The notes below the pieces were generated by a model. That model ran no database searches. It had not been told where the DNA came from and worked only from the letters and a program-made list of their open reading frames with translations. Of a stretch of 64,000 bases of DNA, positions 9,970 through 18,639 are shown one piece after another. The DNA comes from an uncultured delta proteobacterium (GTDB lineage Bacteria > Desulfobacterota > Binatia > Bin18), in assembly GCA_963733195.1 (NCBI GenBank), contig CAVTCR010000062.1, positions 96,001 to 160,000 on the forward strand. Reading direction: 5' to 3'. Position 1 is the stretch's first letter. Each line of letters starts with the position of its first letter. The translations under genes were made by a program, and so were the position numbers.

Positions 9970-10719
9970 GTGCCTCGAAGTGAAAAGACGCAGCGCACAG
10001 AGATCAGACTTTCACTCGCAGTGATTGTTTTTCTTTTCGTTCTCCTTGCATCTCAAGGACTAGCGGATGACCCTCATCCGTCACAGTATCGCTTCACACC
10101 AAAGACCTACAAAGGTAGGACCATCGCACCGGCCATGAGTTATCTCGGTGCCGATTGGCTTGAACGCGCAGAACGTGACAGCTTAGAGCAGCCGGACAAA
10201 GTCCTCGAAACCTTGGACATTGCACCTGGAAGTGTGGTGGCGGACATTGGTGCAGGCATTGGGTACTACAGTTTACGTCTCGCTGCGAAGGTCGGCCCAC
10301 AAGGCCGCGTGCTCGCCACCGATATTCAACCAGAGATGCTCTCGCGGCTCCGGGTCAATATGAAGAAAGCGAGCATCACTAACATCGAGCCAATCCTCGC
10401 AACTCCAACCGATGCCAAACTTCCCGTTGATCAGCTTGATCTCGCACTCATGGTTGATGTGTACCATGAGCTTGCTCATCCAGAAGAAACGATGGCTCAG
10501 GTACGTCGTGCGTTGAAGCCAAGCGGGCGATTAGTACTCATTGAGTATAGAGGAGAAGATCCGACCGTACCGATCAAACCTGATCATAAGATGACCCTTG
10601 TGCAAGTGCGTACGGAAATTGAACCGATGGGTTTCCGTCTCCAACAGGTCTTCGACTTCCTTCCACGTCAGCATCTTATCGTTCTTGTTCCAACCGCTAC
10701 AGAAAGTGAGTCAAAGTGA
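9970..10719 (+). CDS. Class I SAM-dependent methyltransferase with a predicted signal peptide
   Basis: VADIGAGIGYY, VDVYHELAHP, LIEYRGEDP, HKMT motifs; N-terminal hydrophobic stretch ending GLA|DD. Confidence 0.88.
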   Translation: MPRSEKTQRTEIRLSLAVIVFLFVLLASQGLADDPHPSQYRFTPKTYKGRTIAPAMSYLGADWLERAERDSLEQPDKVLETLDIAPGSVVADIGAGIGYYSLRLAAKVGPQGRVLATDIQPEMLSRLRVNMKKASITNIEPILATPTDAKLPVDQLDLALMVDVYHELAHPEETMAQVRRALKPSGRLVLIEYRGEDPTVPIKPDHKMTLVQVRTEIEPMGFRLQQVFDFLPRQHLIVLVPTATESESK

Positions 10720-10849
10720 CTGACCGCAAGTATCGGTTATTTCCGGTATATCATCCTGGCCCGTTTCCGCTCGGGCTGAGCATAACGTTTGGTGTGTTTA
10801 TCGGGCCTCACCCAAGATTGCCGGTTCTGCTCTTCAACTCTGATACACT

Positions 10850-10960
10850 TCTGAAGCCATGAATGCAGCGTACCAGTACGCGCCGCATAAGCACACGCCG
10901 AGGGTTCCCATGCCACAGCAAGCCGGACACAAGGGTGTTGGTATCAGCGACCACTCGCAC
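10850..10960 (-). pseudogene. Truncated PIN-domain (VapC-like) toxin remnant
   Basis: GTG 10960 overlapping the antitoxin end gives MRVVADTNTLVSGLLWHGNPRRVL, then a frameshift to (D)AARTGTL, then similarity ends. Confidence 0.75.
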
Positions 10961-11228
10961 GGGCGGCACGCCTCTCAGCACGAGCCGCCTGAATTTCTGC
11001 TTCCACTTCTGCCTCAGTCAGTGGTGGAAGCGCGGCCAAGCGATCCGCGGCTTCAAACAACTGGGTGACGCGACGACGCTGCACTTCCTCTCGGAGGAGT
11101 GCCTCTAACCCTTGCGGCGTCAATAATCCGCTCGCTTCTGCTTCTCGCGCTAATGAATCAGGTAACCTTAGCTTCAGCTCGAGCTCTACGCTGTTTTCTT
11201 CTGTCAACATATCGATCACCCGGACCAA
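10944..11228 (-). CDS. Putative antitoxin (LKLRLPDSLAREAEASGLL type)
   Basis: Small protein ending EVEAEIQAARAERR, overlapping a downstream PIN toxin start; exact start uncertain. Confidence 0.7.
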   Translation of the reverse strand: MVRVIDMLTEENSVELELKLRLPDSLAREAEASGLLTPQGLEALLREEVQRRRVTQLFEAADRLAALPPLTEAEVEAEIQAARAERRAARASGR

Positions 11229-11353
11229 ATATTTTCATGAGATATTTGCTACAGTATCGCAGAACCAGGGGAATAGCGACATCTTTGAAAGACAGTTAAT
11301 AGGTTCCAGCTTAGCTTTCATTATAGGTGTATCGTACTCGGTGCTCCTCACCC

Positions 11354-11490
11354 TTATCTCAACGTTTGTGGAACATCCAACTTACCCGTCACCGCCGCCG
11401 CAATCAGAGCTGCACGCCGCTCCTTCAGCAGTCCTATTGTTCTCTCTGTCGCCTTGCGCAAGTCGCCCAGGCGGGTTTCTTGCTCAAGGT
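11354..11490 (-). pseudogene. hsdS: Type I restriction-modification specificity subunit, C-terminal remnant
   Basis: Manual translation YLEQETRLGDLRKATERTIGLLKERRAALIAAAVTGKLDVPQTLR* matches the conserved HsdS C-terminus; no upstream part present. Confidence 0.8.
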
Positions 11491-11580
11491 AACATCGAAA
11501 TGTGATGCGGGAATCAAAAAGACTCATTGTTATAGCTCAGATGGTTCCTCATACTCTTAAGGAATACGCTTTGGTGATGG

Positions 11581-13180
11581 TTAAGTCTCAGCTTTTTTCT
11601 TTGCTGTACCGTGTACGGCACTTGTTGTCCGAAGATCAATTATTTCGAAAGTATTGGGATCGAAGGAGAAGTGTTCTTTTTGAAAATCATAGTTAGCGAT
11701 TCGTGTACGTAGAGCACTCATAATTTCGCGCCAAAAAGGTCGTTCACTGCCATTGTCTGGACGATTTCTATGCTCAGACGCATACTCGGCGAGTGCTTTC
11801 CCCCATTCTTTACCTTTCAGGCTTTGTTGTCTCTTCGAAACTGTTTTGTAATTCTTTTTCAAAATCCCCCCCGTTGCGAACGCCTACCCAATCCGCATTG
11901 CGAATCAGCTCTCCCGAAAAACCTTTTCTTTCATCAATTCGAGCAGTAATTTCAATAAGCTCCTGAATTGTGAAATTGGCAAACTCAAAGTCCGGCTTGT
12001 GAGCCGCGATGAAACCAACAATATTTCCTTGCTCCACCTGTCGCCGTATTGCTTTTCGATTCGCCGGCACGTCTCGATCAAAGGAAATTATACTGAAGCG
12101 TCTGAGCGCTTTATCTTCTTTTAACCAATCTCCCAGCTTCAGTGCTATGTTATCCCGTTCAGATGCGATAACACCTTCGGAGATTGATAATCTATATTCC
12201 ACTTCTGGATGGTTCTGAAAGTAAACGGAGGACGGCGTGGTATTCTGTTTCACCCTCAACGTACCAACGGACAACACTTCCAGTGAAGCAGCCCAGCTAC
12301 TATCCCAGGTGATATAAGGTCTGGAATGGGGTTCATCATCAAGGGGACAATCATATCCATAAAACATCTGACAACCGCCAGGACGCCACATGCCGAAACC
12401 TTGATCCTCTTCTATCCATCGCTAAGCAAATACCTCTTCAAAGGCTCGCCTGATCACTTCTGCAAGGTGTCGAATCGAGAGAGCACCAGCGATGGTCCCC
12501 TTCAGTTTTTCACGTTGCCCCCATTTCGCAAGTCGGAGGAGTAGATACAAGTCACTATTTTTATCCATCATCGACGCTTGCCAACACAGAGATTCATGAA
12601 CTTTTTTCCAAACGGCTGGATCAAGACTTCTAACTAGCCCCAGAGCTTTTTCGCGGTATTGATCTTGCAAAACTTTATACTCGCTTTCGCTGATAAAATC
12701 TCTACGAGTCGAGTGATTCCACCAGTTATGCGCGTCCAATAGAGAGGCTCCAACAAAATTGCGAGATTCGCAATCTGATTTTCTTGCCATGCAGTCTCTT
12801 CGATCTGATCAACGTTGCGTAAGAACATCAGCTCTAAATCCATCGGTAGAAATGGCCTATCTCCCTGAGTGAAGCTAGACATTGCATTGGTGATCTGACC
12901 TGCATCAAGAACGCGAAGAAGTGGATAGAGCCGGAAGGGGTGGAACATTGGGGTATCTCTATAGTCCACGCCATCACTTGTCAGCCAACCTCGTCGGCAA
13001 AGCTCACCAGGATCCCCTGTTACCGCTCCCTGAACGTGAACTCCTCGTACGTCTCCAGAAAAACTGATAAAGCTTCCTTCAAATCTAGAATCCTATTCTG
13101 TCGAAGCCAGCTCTAAGTCCTCAGACCACTTTTCTAGATATTCGCGAAAATCTTCAATTTGCCCCTACACTTGCAAACAT
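11581..13180 (-). pseudogene. Disrupted gene: unknown N-terminal domain + OLD-like TOPRIM domain
   Basis: RBS ggagg before ATG 13180; fragments joined across frameshifts and two TAG stops give VRWYVEGETEY (VEGETE at 12243-12260), GI*IINL, SFDRD (DxD) and DFEFANF. Confidence 0.7.
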
Positions 13181-13324
13181 CTTTATTTCCTCCGGTGCCT
13201 AGACAATTTATTTCAAATTGCGCCAGACAATAAAGACTTTATCCACATAAAAGACCAACTAAAACATCACCGTATTCAGATCTCTATTGACACCTACTGT
13301 AGACAAGCTGGACGGGCTGGAAAA

Positions 13325-13352
13325 TGCAACTAGACGCAACCCAGACGCAACC
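13325..13352. repeat. Triple GCAAC(C/T) direct repeat at the islet boundary
   Basis: tgcaactagacgcaacccagacgcaacc. Confidence 0.5.
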
Positions 13353-13426
13353 AACGACTTGAACACCGTTTCCAAGCGTGACAGAAGTGCTTGACCAATC
13401 AACAGAAGTACGAGGAATGACGATTC

Positions 13427-14977
13427 ATGACTTGGCAACCAGAAATCGAAGCAATTGAAGCGCGCCGGCAACACGCCCTGCAAATGGGTGGAAGCGACAA
13501 AGTCGCTAAGCAACATGCCCAAGGGAAACTCACGGCACGTGAGCGTCTTGCACGACTCCTGGATGAGGGGTCTTTTACCGAACTGGGGATACTAGCCACA
13601 CATCAAAGCCAACGCCCTGAGATGCAGGGTCTATATACCGCTGCCGACGGAGTCATCATCGGCTATGGGCGGGTCGATGGACGTGACGTGATTATCGGAG
13701 CTGAGGACTTTACGGTGATGGGTGGATCGGTTGGGCAGACTGGGATCATCAAACGCGAGCGAGTCTGCGAGCTTGCCCACCAAACCAAAGTTCCGGTCAT
13801 CTGGCTGCTTGATGGTTCGGGTGCACGAGCCAACGAGTGGGTACGTGGTGGTTGGGTGGGTGGTAAACATTTTACTTTAATGTCCCATCTTTCTGGGATT
13901 GTACCTCAAATTGTTGCGGCGATGGGGCCTTGTGCGGGTGATCCTGCGCTGATGGCGCCATTGGCAGACTTCGTCGTCATGGTCAAAGGGACGAGTATGT
14001 TGGCTGCCGGCGGCCCTCCAGTGGTTGAAGCGGCGATCGGCGAGAAGGTATCAAAGGAAGAACTAGGGGGCTCGTCCATCCATTGTTATCTGAGCGGAGT
14101 CGGGGACAACGAAGCCGAGGACGATGAAGATTGCTTACGCATCATTCGTCAGTATCTCAGTTACTTTCCGACTAATGTGTACCAACTGCCGCCACGGCTC
14201 ACGCCAACTGATGATCCCGAGCGCCGTGACGAGGCGTTGTTGTCTATCGTTCCGCGCAATCGCAAGCGACCATATGACATGCTGAAAGTCATCCGCCACT
14301 TGGTTGACCAGGATTCGCTGTTTGAAATCAAGCCCTACTACGGACGGTCGGTTGTTATCTGCCTCGCACGTATGGATGGGGAGGTGGTTGGCCTGGTTGC
14401 CAATCAACCGTTGCAATTAGCGGGCATCATTGATGGTGCGGCGGCAGATAAAATGACTCACTTCATTCAACTTTGTGATGCTTTTCATATTCCGCTCATT
14501 TTCTTGTCTGATGTGCCGGGGTTTATGACGGGAAGCGTGTCCGAACGCGAAGGAACGTTACGTCGGGGCCTACGCATCGCCTATGCGATGTCGTTCGTGA
14601 CTGTTCCGAAGATTTCGGTGGTGCTGCGCAAAGCCTACGGTATGGGCGCCGTAGCGATGTGCGGTCATCAAATGGGGCAAATCCTCACGCTGGTCTGGCC
14701 GTCAGGGGAGTTCGGTGCGTTGCCGGTTGAAGGTGGAGTCAGTGCTGGACATAAGTCTGCGTTAGAAACGGCGGATGATCAAGAGGCAAAGCGACGTGGT
14801 TTTGAAGACTATTACAAACAGTTTGGTAGCCCGTTTTCAACGGCAGAGACCTTTAACTTTGACGATCTTATCGATCCACGTGATACGCGTCCGCTCATCA
14901 TTCGTGCGCTCCGAGCGGCACGCGCCGGCAATACTGCGCCGCTGGGACCGAAGACACGACACGGTATTATGCCGTAG
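13427..14977 (+). CDS. Acyl-CoA carboxylase carboxyltransferase subunit (PccB-like)
   Basis: GKLTARERL, DFTVMGGS, DGSGAR, DVPGFMTG, RKAYG, DDLIDPRDTR motifs. Confidence 0.92.
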   Translation: MTWQPEIEAIEARRQHALQMGGSDKVAKQHAQGKLTARERLARLLDEGSFTELGILATHQSQRPEMQGLYTAADGVIIGYGRVDGRDVIIGAEDFTVMGGSVGQTGIIKRERVCELAHQTKVPVIWLLDGSGARANEWVRGGWVGGKHFTLMSHLSGIVPQIVAAMGPCAGDPALMAPLADFVVMVKGTSMLAAGGPPVVEAAIGEKVSKEELGGSSIHCYLSGVGDNEAEDDEDCLRIIRQYLSYFPTNVYQLPPRLTPTDDPERRDEALLSIVPRNRKRPYDMLKVIRHLVDQDSLFEIKPYYGRSVVICLARMDGEVVGLVANQPLQLAGIIDGAAADKMTHFIQLCDAFHIPLIFLSDVPGFMTGSVSEREGTLRRGLRIAYAMSFVTVPKISVVLRKAYGMGAVAMCGHQMGQILTLVWPSGEFGALPVEGGVSAGHKSALETADDQEAKRRGFEDYYKQFGSPFSTAETFNFDDLIDPRDTRPLIIRALRAARAGNTAPLGPKTRHGIMP

Positions 14978-15075
14978 AAGTATTCAAGACGTGAGGCTAA
15001 AGGCCGGGAAACCGTGAAACTGGAGATTGCCCACCTGGCTAATGGTTTTTGATAAACGGATACGGGAAGGTCCAG

Positions 15076-15127
15076 GTAGAACAGGCTTCCAGCCTATTAC
15101 TAACGACGGGTGAGAAGTCCGTCCCAC
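15076..15127. repeat. Degenerate REP-like doublet (GTAGAACAGGCTTCCAGCCT type)
   Basis: gtagaacaggcttccagcctatt ... acgggtgagaagtccgtcccac. Confidence 0.5.
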
Positions 15128-15252
15128 CAAGAAATCTGAATACCAATTTTGCTTGTTAACGTTTATGAAGAGAGCCTTTGGCCTATGGCACTTTACTCGC
15201 GGTGCATAATTCTTCACTGTGAGCGTGTCACTCTTCGTTGAGGGAGGGGTGT

Positions 15253-15792
15253 ATGCCACGAAAGCAAGTAAACAAGGAAAGCGTGTTGGTACTTGGTGGA
15301 GCGCGGTCCGGAAAGAGCACCTACGCCCTACAGCGAGCGCAGGCATGGACGGGAGGGCTTGTCTATGTGGCTACTGCAGAAGGTAAAGATGCAGAGATGA
15401 AAGCCCGGATTGCGACACATCGTGCTCAACGACGTGGTCGGCGCTGGATGACTGTTGAGGAGCCTATGGATGTGGTCTGGCAATTGAAAGAACTTGACGA
15501 CAGAGTTGGCGCAGTTGTACTCGACTGCGTCACTCTGTGGGTGTCGAATGCATTGTTAGCCAAACGCCGCGATGAGCTGGAGAACCAAGTTGCTGAGTTG
15601 GTTGAAGAGATCCCTTTGTTGCCCTTTCATTTCCTCGCCGTGAGTAATGAAGTCGGTCTCGGTTTGGTACCAGATAATGCATTGGGACGTGAATATCGTG
15701 ACGTGCTTGGCACCGTGAACCAGCAACTGGCACAGGCATGCAAAGAAGTGCTTTTTCTGGCTGCGGGCTTACCACTAAAACTGAAGGGATAA
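15253..15792 (+). CDS. cobU: Adenosylcobinamide kinase / adenosylcobinamide-phosphate guanylyltransferase
   Basis: LGGARSGKS, RIATHRAQR, LDCVTLWVSN, VSNEVGLG motifs. Confidence 0.95.
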   Translation: MPRKQVNKESVLVLGGARSGKSTYALQRAQAWTGGLVYVATAEGKDAEMKARIATHRAQRRGRRWMTVEEPMDVVWQLKELDDRVGAVVLDCVTLWVSNALLAKRRDELENQVAELVEEIPLLPFHFLAVSNEVGLGLVPDNALGREYRDVLGTVNQQLAQACKEVLFLAAGLPLKLKG

Positions 15793-15806
15793 ACTCCGTA
15801 TTTCTT

Positions 15807-16865
15807 ATGGGATTGCTCGACACGACGCTCGCTCAGATTCGTCCACTCAATACGTTACGTAGCGATAGCATTCAGGCCCGTCTTGATTCGCTCACTAAAC
15901 CGCGCGGCAGCCTTGGTCGGCTGGAAGAAGTCGCGCAGCGGTGTGCCCTCATTACCGGGTGCGACCGTCCGCGTGTCGATCACAAAGTGTTGATTGTTTG
16001 TTGCGGGGATCACGGCGTCTGTGATGAAGGCGTGAGTGCCTATCCGCGCGAAGTCACTGCCCAGATGGTATATAACTATTTGCGCGGCGGCGCGGCGATT
16101 ACCGTGCTCGCCCGTCAACTTGGGATTGAGTTGCAAGTAGTTGATCTTGGGATTGACCATAATTTTGCACTGGAATTGCCAGGGTTGATCCAGCGCAAGG
16201 TTGCACGTGGAACGGCGAATTTCGTTCATGGACCAGCAATGCCCCTTACGCATGCGATCCAGGCAATCGAAATCGGTGTTGCTGTAGCGACCGAAGCTGT
16301 ACGTAACGGAGCGCAACTCCTGGGTGTGGGAGAAATGGGGATTGGTAACTCTACCGCAGCTGCGGCGATCTGTGCTGCTCTGAGTGGCATTGCTCCCGAG
16401 GAGTTAACCGGCTTTGGTGCTGAGATCGATGAAGAGCGGAGACGCCGCAAGATCGAGGTGATTCAGTACGCTCTGACTCGTAACCCTCCCAATCCTGCTG
16501 ACCCGTTGAGTATTCTTGCCAGTGTCGGCGGCTACGAGATCGCCGGGATCACCGGCATCTGTTTAGCCGGTGCTGCATTGCATATTCCAGTAGTGATTGA
16601 TGGATTCATTGCTACAGCGGGCGCTTGGGTAGCATGTACGCTTCATCCGGCAGTCAAAGAGGCGTTGTTCTTTGCCCATCTTTCCTCCGAGCACGGACAT
16701 CGCCGAGTGTTGGCCGCATTGCAAGTGCAACCGCTGCTGGAGCTTGGGATGCGACTTGGTGAAGGGACTGGTGCCGCGCTGGCAATGAGCCTGGTGGATT
16801 CGGCCGTGCGTCTGTATGACGAGATGGCCACCTTCGCTGAAGCGGGAGTGGCAGATAAGAAATAG
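15807..16865 (+). CDS. cobT: Nicotinate-nucleotide--dimethylbenzimidazole phosphoribosyltransferase
   Basis: LTKPRGSLGRLE, DHGV, GEMGIGNST, MRLGEGTGA, MATFAEAGV motifs. Confidence 0.95.
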   Translation: MGLLDTTLAQIRPLNTLRSDSIQARLDSLTKPRGSLGRLEEVAQRCALITGCDRPRVDHKVLIVCCGDHGVCDEGVSAYPREVTAQMVYNYLRGGAAITVLARQLGIELQVVDLGIDHNFALELPGLIQRKVARGTANFVHGPAMPLTHAIQAIEIGVAVATEAVRNGAQLLGVGEMGIGNSTAAAAICAALSGIAPEELTGFGAEIDEERRRRKIEVIQYALTRNPPNPADPLSILASVGGYEIAGITGICLAGAALHIPVVIDGFIATAGAWVACTLHPAVKEALFFAHLSSEHGHRRVLAALQVQPLLELGMRLGEGTGAALAMSLVDSAVRLYDEMATFAEAGVADKK

Positions 16866-16890
16866 GCAAATGTCACATATCGAGTGGGAC

Positions 16891-16982
16891 AAATGGGTAA
16901 ATGGAGAAAAGGTGAAATGAAAAGTAAAAGGGTTCTTCCGCTTTCTGACCATTTCCCCGTTCTCCCTTTTTCCCGTTTCCTC
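16891..16982. repeat. Inverted pair of octamer arrays (GAAANGGG family)
   Basis: aaatgggt aaatggag aaaaggtg aaatgaaa ... accatttc cccgttct cccttttt cccgtttc. Confidence 0.75.
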
Positions 16983-16987
16983 CTATT

Positions 16988-17662
16988 GTGAAGACGACAG
17001 AGGCAGCGGTGGAAACTTCTTGGGTCACAAGTGTCCGTGAAAACACTCTCATTGTGACATTTCCTGAGCGCTATCACGTGTTAAGTTGGGCACCGTTGGG
17101 TGGTGGCTTAGTCGAGGCCCACACCATCCTCAATCACCAAGTGAGTATCAACGAGCACTCGACACCAGAACCGAGAACGCATCTGAGTAGTCTCGCCGAG
17201 CGATTGGCAGTTCCGTTCCCGGTGGTGGGTCTCATGACCGGCGTGTTGATGAAACGGCTTGTACAGCGGACCGTGCAACATGCGGCTACCTTGATTGAGT
17301 GCTTTGCCACTGTAGGGCTCAGCAATGCACTTGCTGCTGGAGATCTTACGACCTATGAGGAACAGCTTGGTACGATCAATCTAATTGTTGTGCTCAGCCA
17401 GCCGCTGACGCTTCCTGCCATGATAGAAGCCGTGCAAATCGTGACTGAAGCAAAGGTCAGCGCTTTAGTGACGGCAGAGATCAGAAGTACCGTATCGAAT
17501 ACACTTGCTACTGGAACTGGAACTGATTGTGTGGCGATTGCGTGCCCGACTGCCGGGGCTATGTACCGCTATTGCGGGAAACACACGAAGTTAGGGGAGC
17601 TGATCGGGCAAGTAGTGTCGAATGCCGTAAGAGAAGGTATTCAAAAGGCGATCCCAACGTAG
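16988..17662 (+). CDS. cbiZ: Adenosylcobinamide amidohydrolase
   Basis: LSWAPLGGG, GLMTGV, TVGLSNA, GTINLIV, TEAK, ATGTGTDC, GKHTKLGELI motifs; inside the cob operon. Confidence 0.88.
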   Translation: MKTTEAAVETSWVTSVRENTLIVTFPERYHVLSWAPLGGGLVEAHTILNHQVSINEHSTPEPRTHLSSLAERLAVPFPVVGLMTGVLMKRLVQRTVQHAATLIECFATVGLSNALAAGDLTTYEEQLGTINLIVVLSQPLTLPAMIEAVQIVTEAKVSALVTAEIRSTVSNTLATGTGTDCVAIACPTAGAMYRYCGKHTKLGELIGQVVSNAVREGIQKAIPT

Positions 17663-17667
17663 CGGCT

Positions 17668-18630
17668 ATGGATCACCTCACCTTACTCGTCCTTGCGTTT
17701 GCCCTTGATGCAGCTCTTGGTGATCCACCATGGCTACCACATCCCATACGTCTGATCGGTAAAGCGATTGAGTATGGAGAAGCTCGACTTCGACAAACGA
17801 CGTTGCCCTTCAGGTCAGACTTTCAGCGTGGCGCCATGTTGGTTATGATTGTTGTTCTCTGCACGTATCTTCTGACGGTCTGGTTGCTCTATTTTTTGAC
17901 CTTGTGGTCCTGGTGGATCGGAATCGGTATTACGATTTTACTTGGGTCGCTCTGCCTGGCGCGTCGCAACCTCAAGGAGCATGCGCAGGAAGTGTTACAG
18001 CCTCTAACGAGTGGTGACCTCGCGAGTGCACGCTCAAGGCTTGCGCGCATGGTGAGTCGTGAGACCTCTAGGCTATCGGAATCAGAGGTTATTCGTGGAA
18101 CTGTCGAGTCGGTTGCAGAGAATAGTTCCGATGGCGTCATTGCGCCGCTCTTCTACATGGCGATCGGAGGTGTTCCGCTGGCCATGGCCTACAAGGCTAT
18201 CAATACATTGGATTCGATGATCGGCTACCGCACCGAACGATATGAGCAGTTCGGCAAGGTCGCTGCGCACCTCGACGATGTGGCGAACTATATTCCCGCC
18301 CGACTGAGTGCGCTTGCTCTTATTGGTGCAGCAGGGATCGGCCGTTGGTTCGGGTGTCCGTATGATGAAAAAGAAGCCTGGCGAATTACCTGGCGTGATA
18401 GTCACAAGCACGAGAGCCTGAATGCTGGCTATCCCGAAGCGGCGATGGCAGGAGCGTTGGGAGTTCAACTCGGTGGGCCGAGCCACTACTTTGGCGAACG
18501 TGTCGAGAAATCAACCCTAGGAGATGCACGCCACCCGCTCTGTCCTGAACACATTTCCCAGGGACTCATGTTGCTTGACCTCGCCAGTGCACTAGTGCTG
18601 GCGCTCTGTGTAATTATCATGGCACTGTGA
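17668..18630 (+). CDS. cbiB: Adenosylcobinamide-phosphate synthase
   Basis: GDPPWLPHPIR, ESVAENSSDGVIAPLF, YKAINTLDSMIGY, NAGYPEAAMAGALGV motifs. Confidence 0.95.
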   Translation: MDHLTLLVLAFALDAALGDPPWLPHPIRLIGKAIEYGEARLRQTTLPFRSDFQRGAMLVMIVVLCTYLLTVWLLYFLTLWSWWIGIGITILLGSLCLARRNLKEHAQEVLQPLTSGDLASARSRLARMVSRETSRLSESEVIRGTVESVAENSSDGVIAPLFYMAIGGVPLAMAYKAINTLDSMIGYRTERYEQFGKVAAHLDDVANYIPARLSALALIGAAGIGRWFGCPYDEKEAWRITWRDSHKHESLNAGYPEAAMAGALGVQLGGPSHYFGERVEKSTLGDARHPLCPEHISQGLMLLDLASALVLALCVIIMAL

Positions 18631-18639
18631 GTGTAAGTC

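Noticed and set aside
10780-10800. GCATAAC/GTT as an integron attC end
   Set aside because: No matching inverse core or attC stem, and no integron integrase
14995-15050. Possible cobalamin riboswitch upstream of cobU (GGGAA..GTGAAA..GCCC)
   Set aside because: Lacks the GGTG-RA-TCC stem, CTGT and B12-box motifs. The stretch reads better as an octamer array (gggaaacc gtgaaact ggagattg). An Rfam cmscan would settle it.
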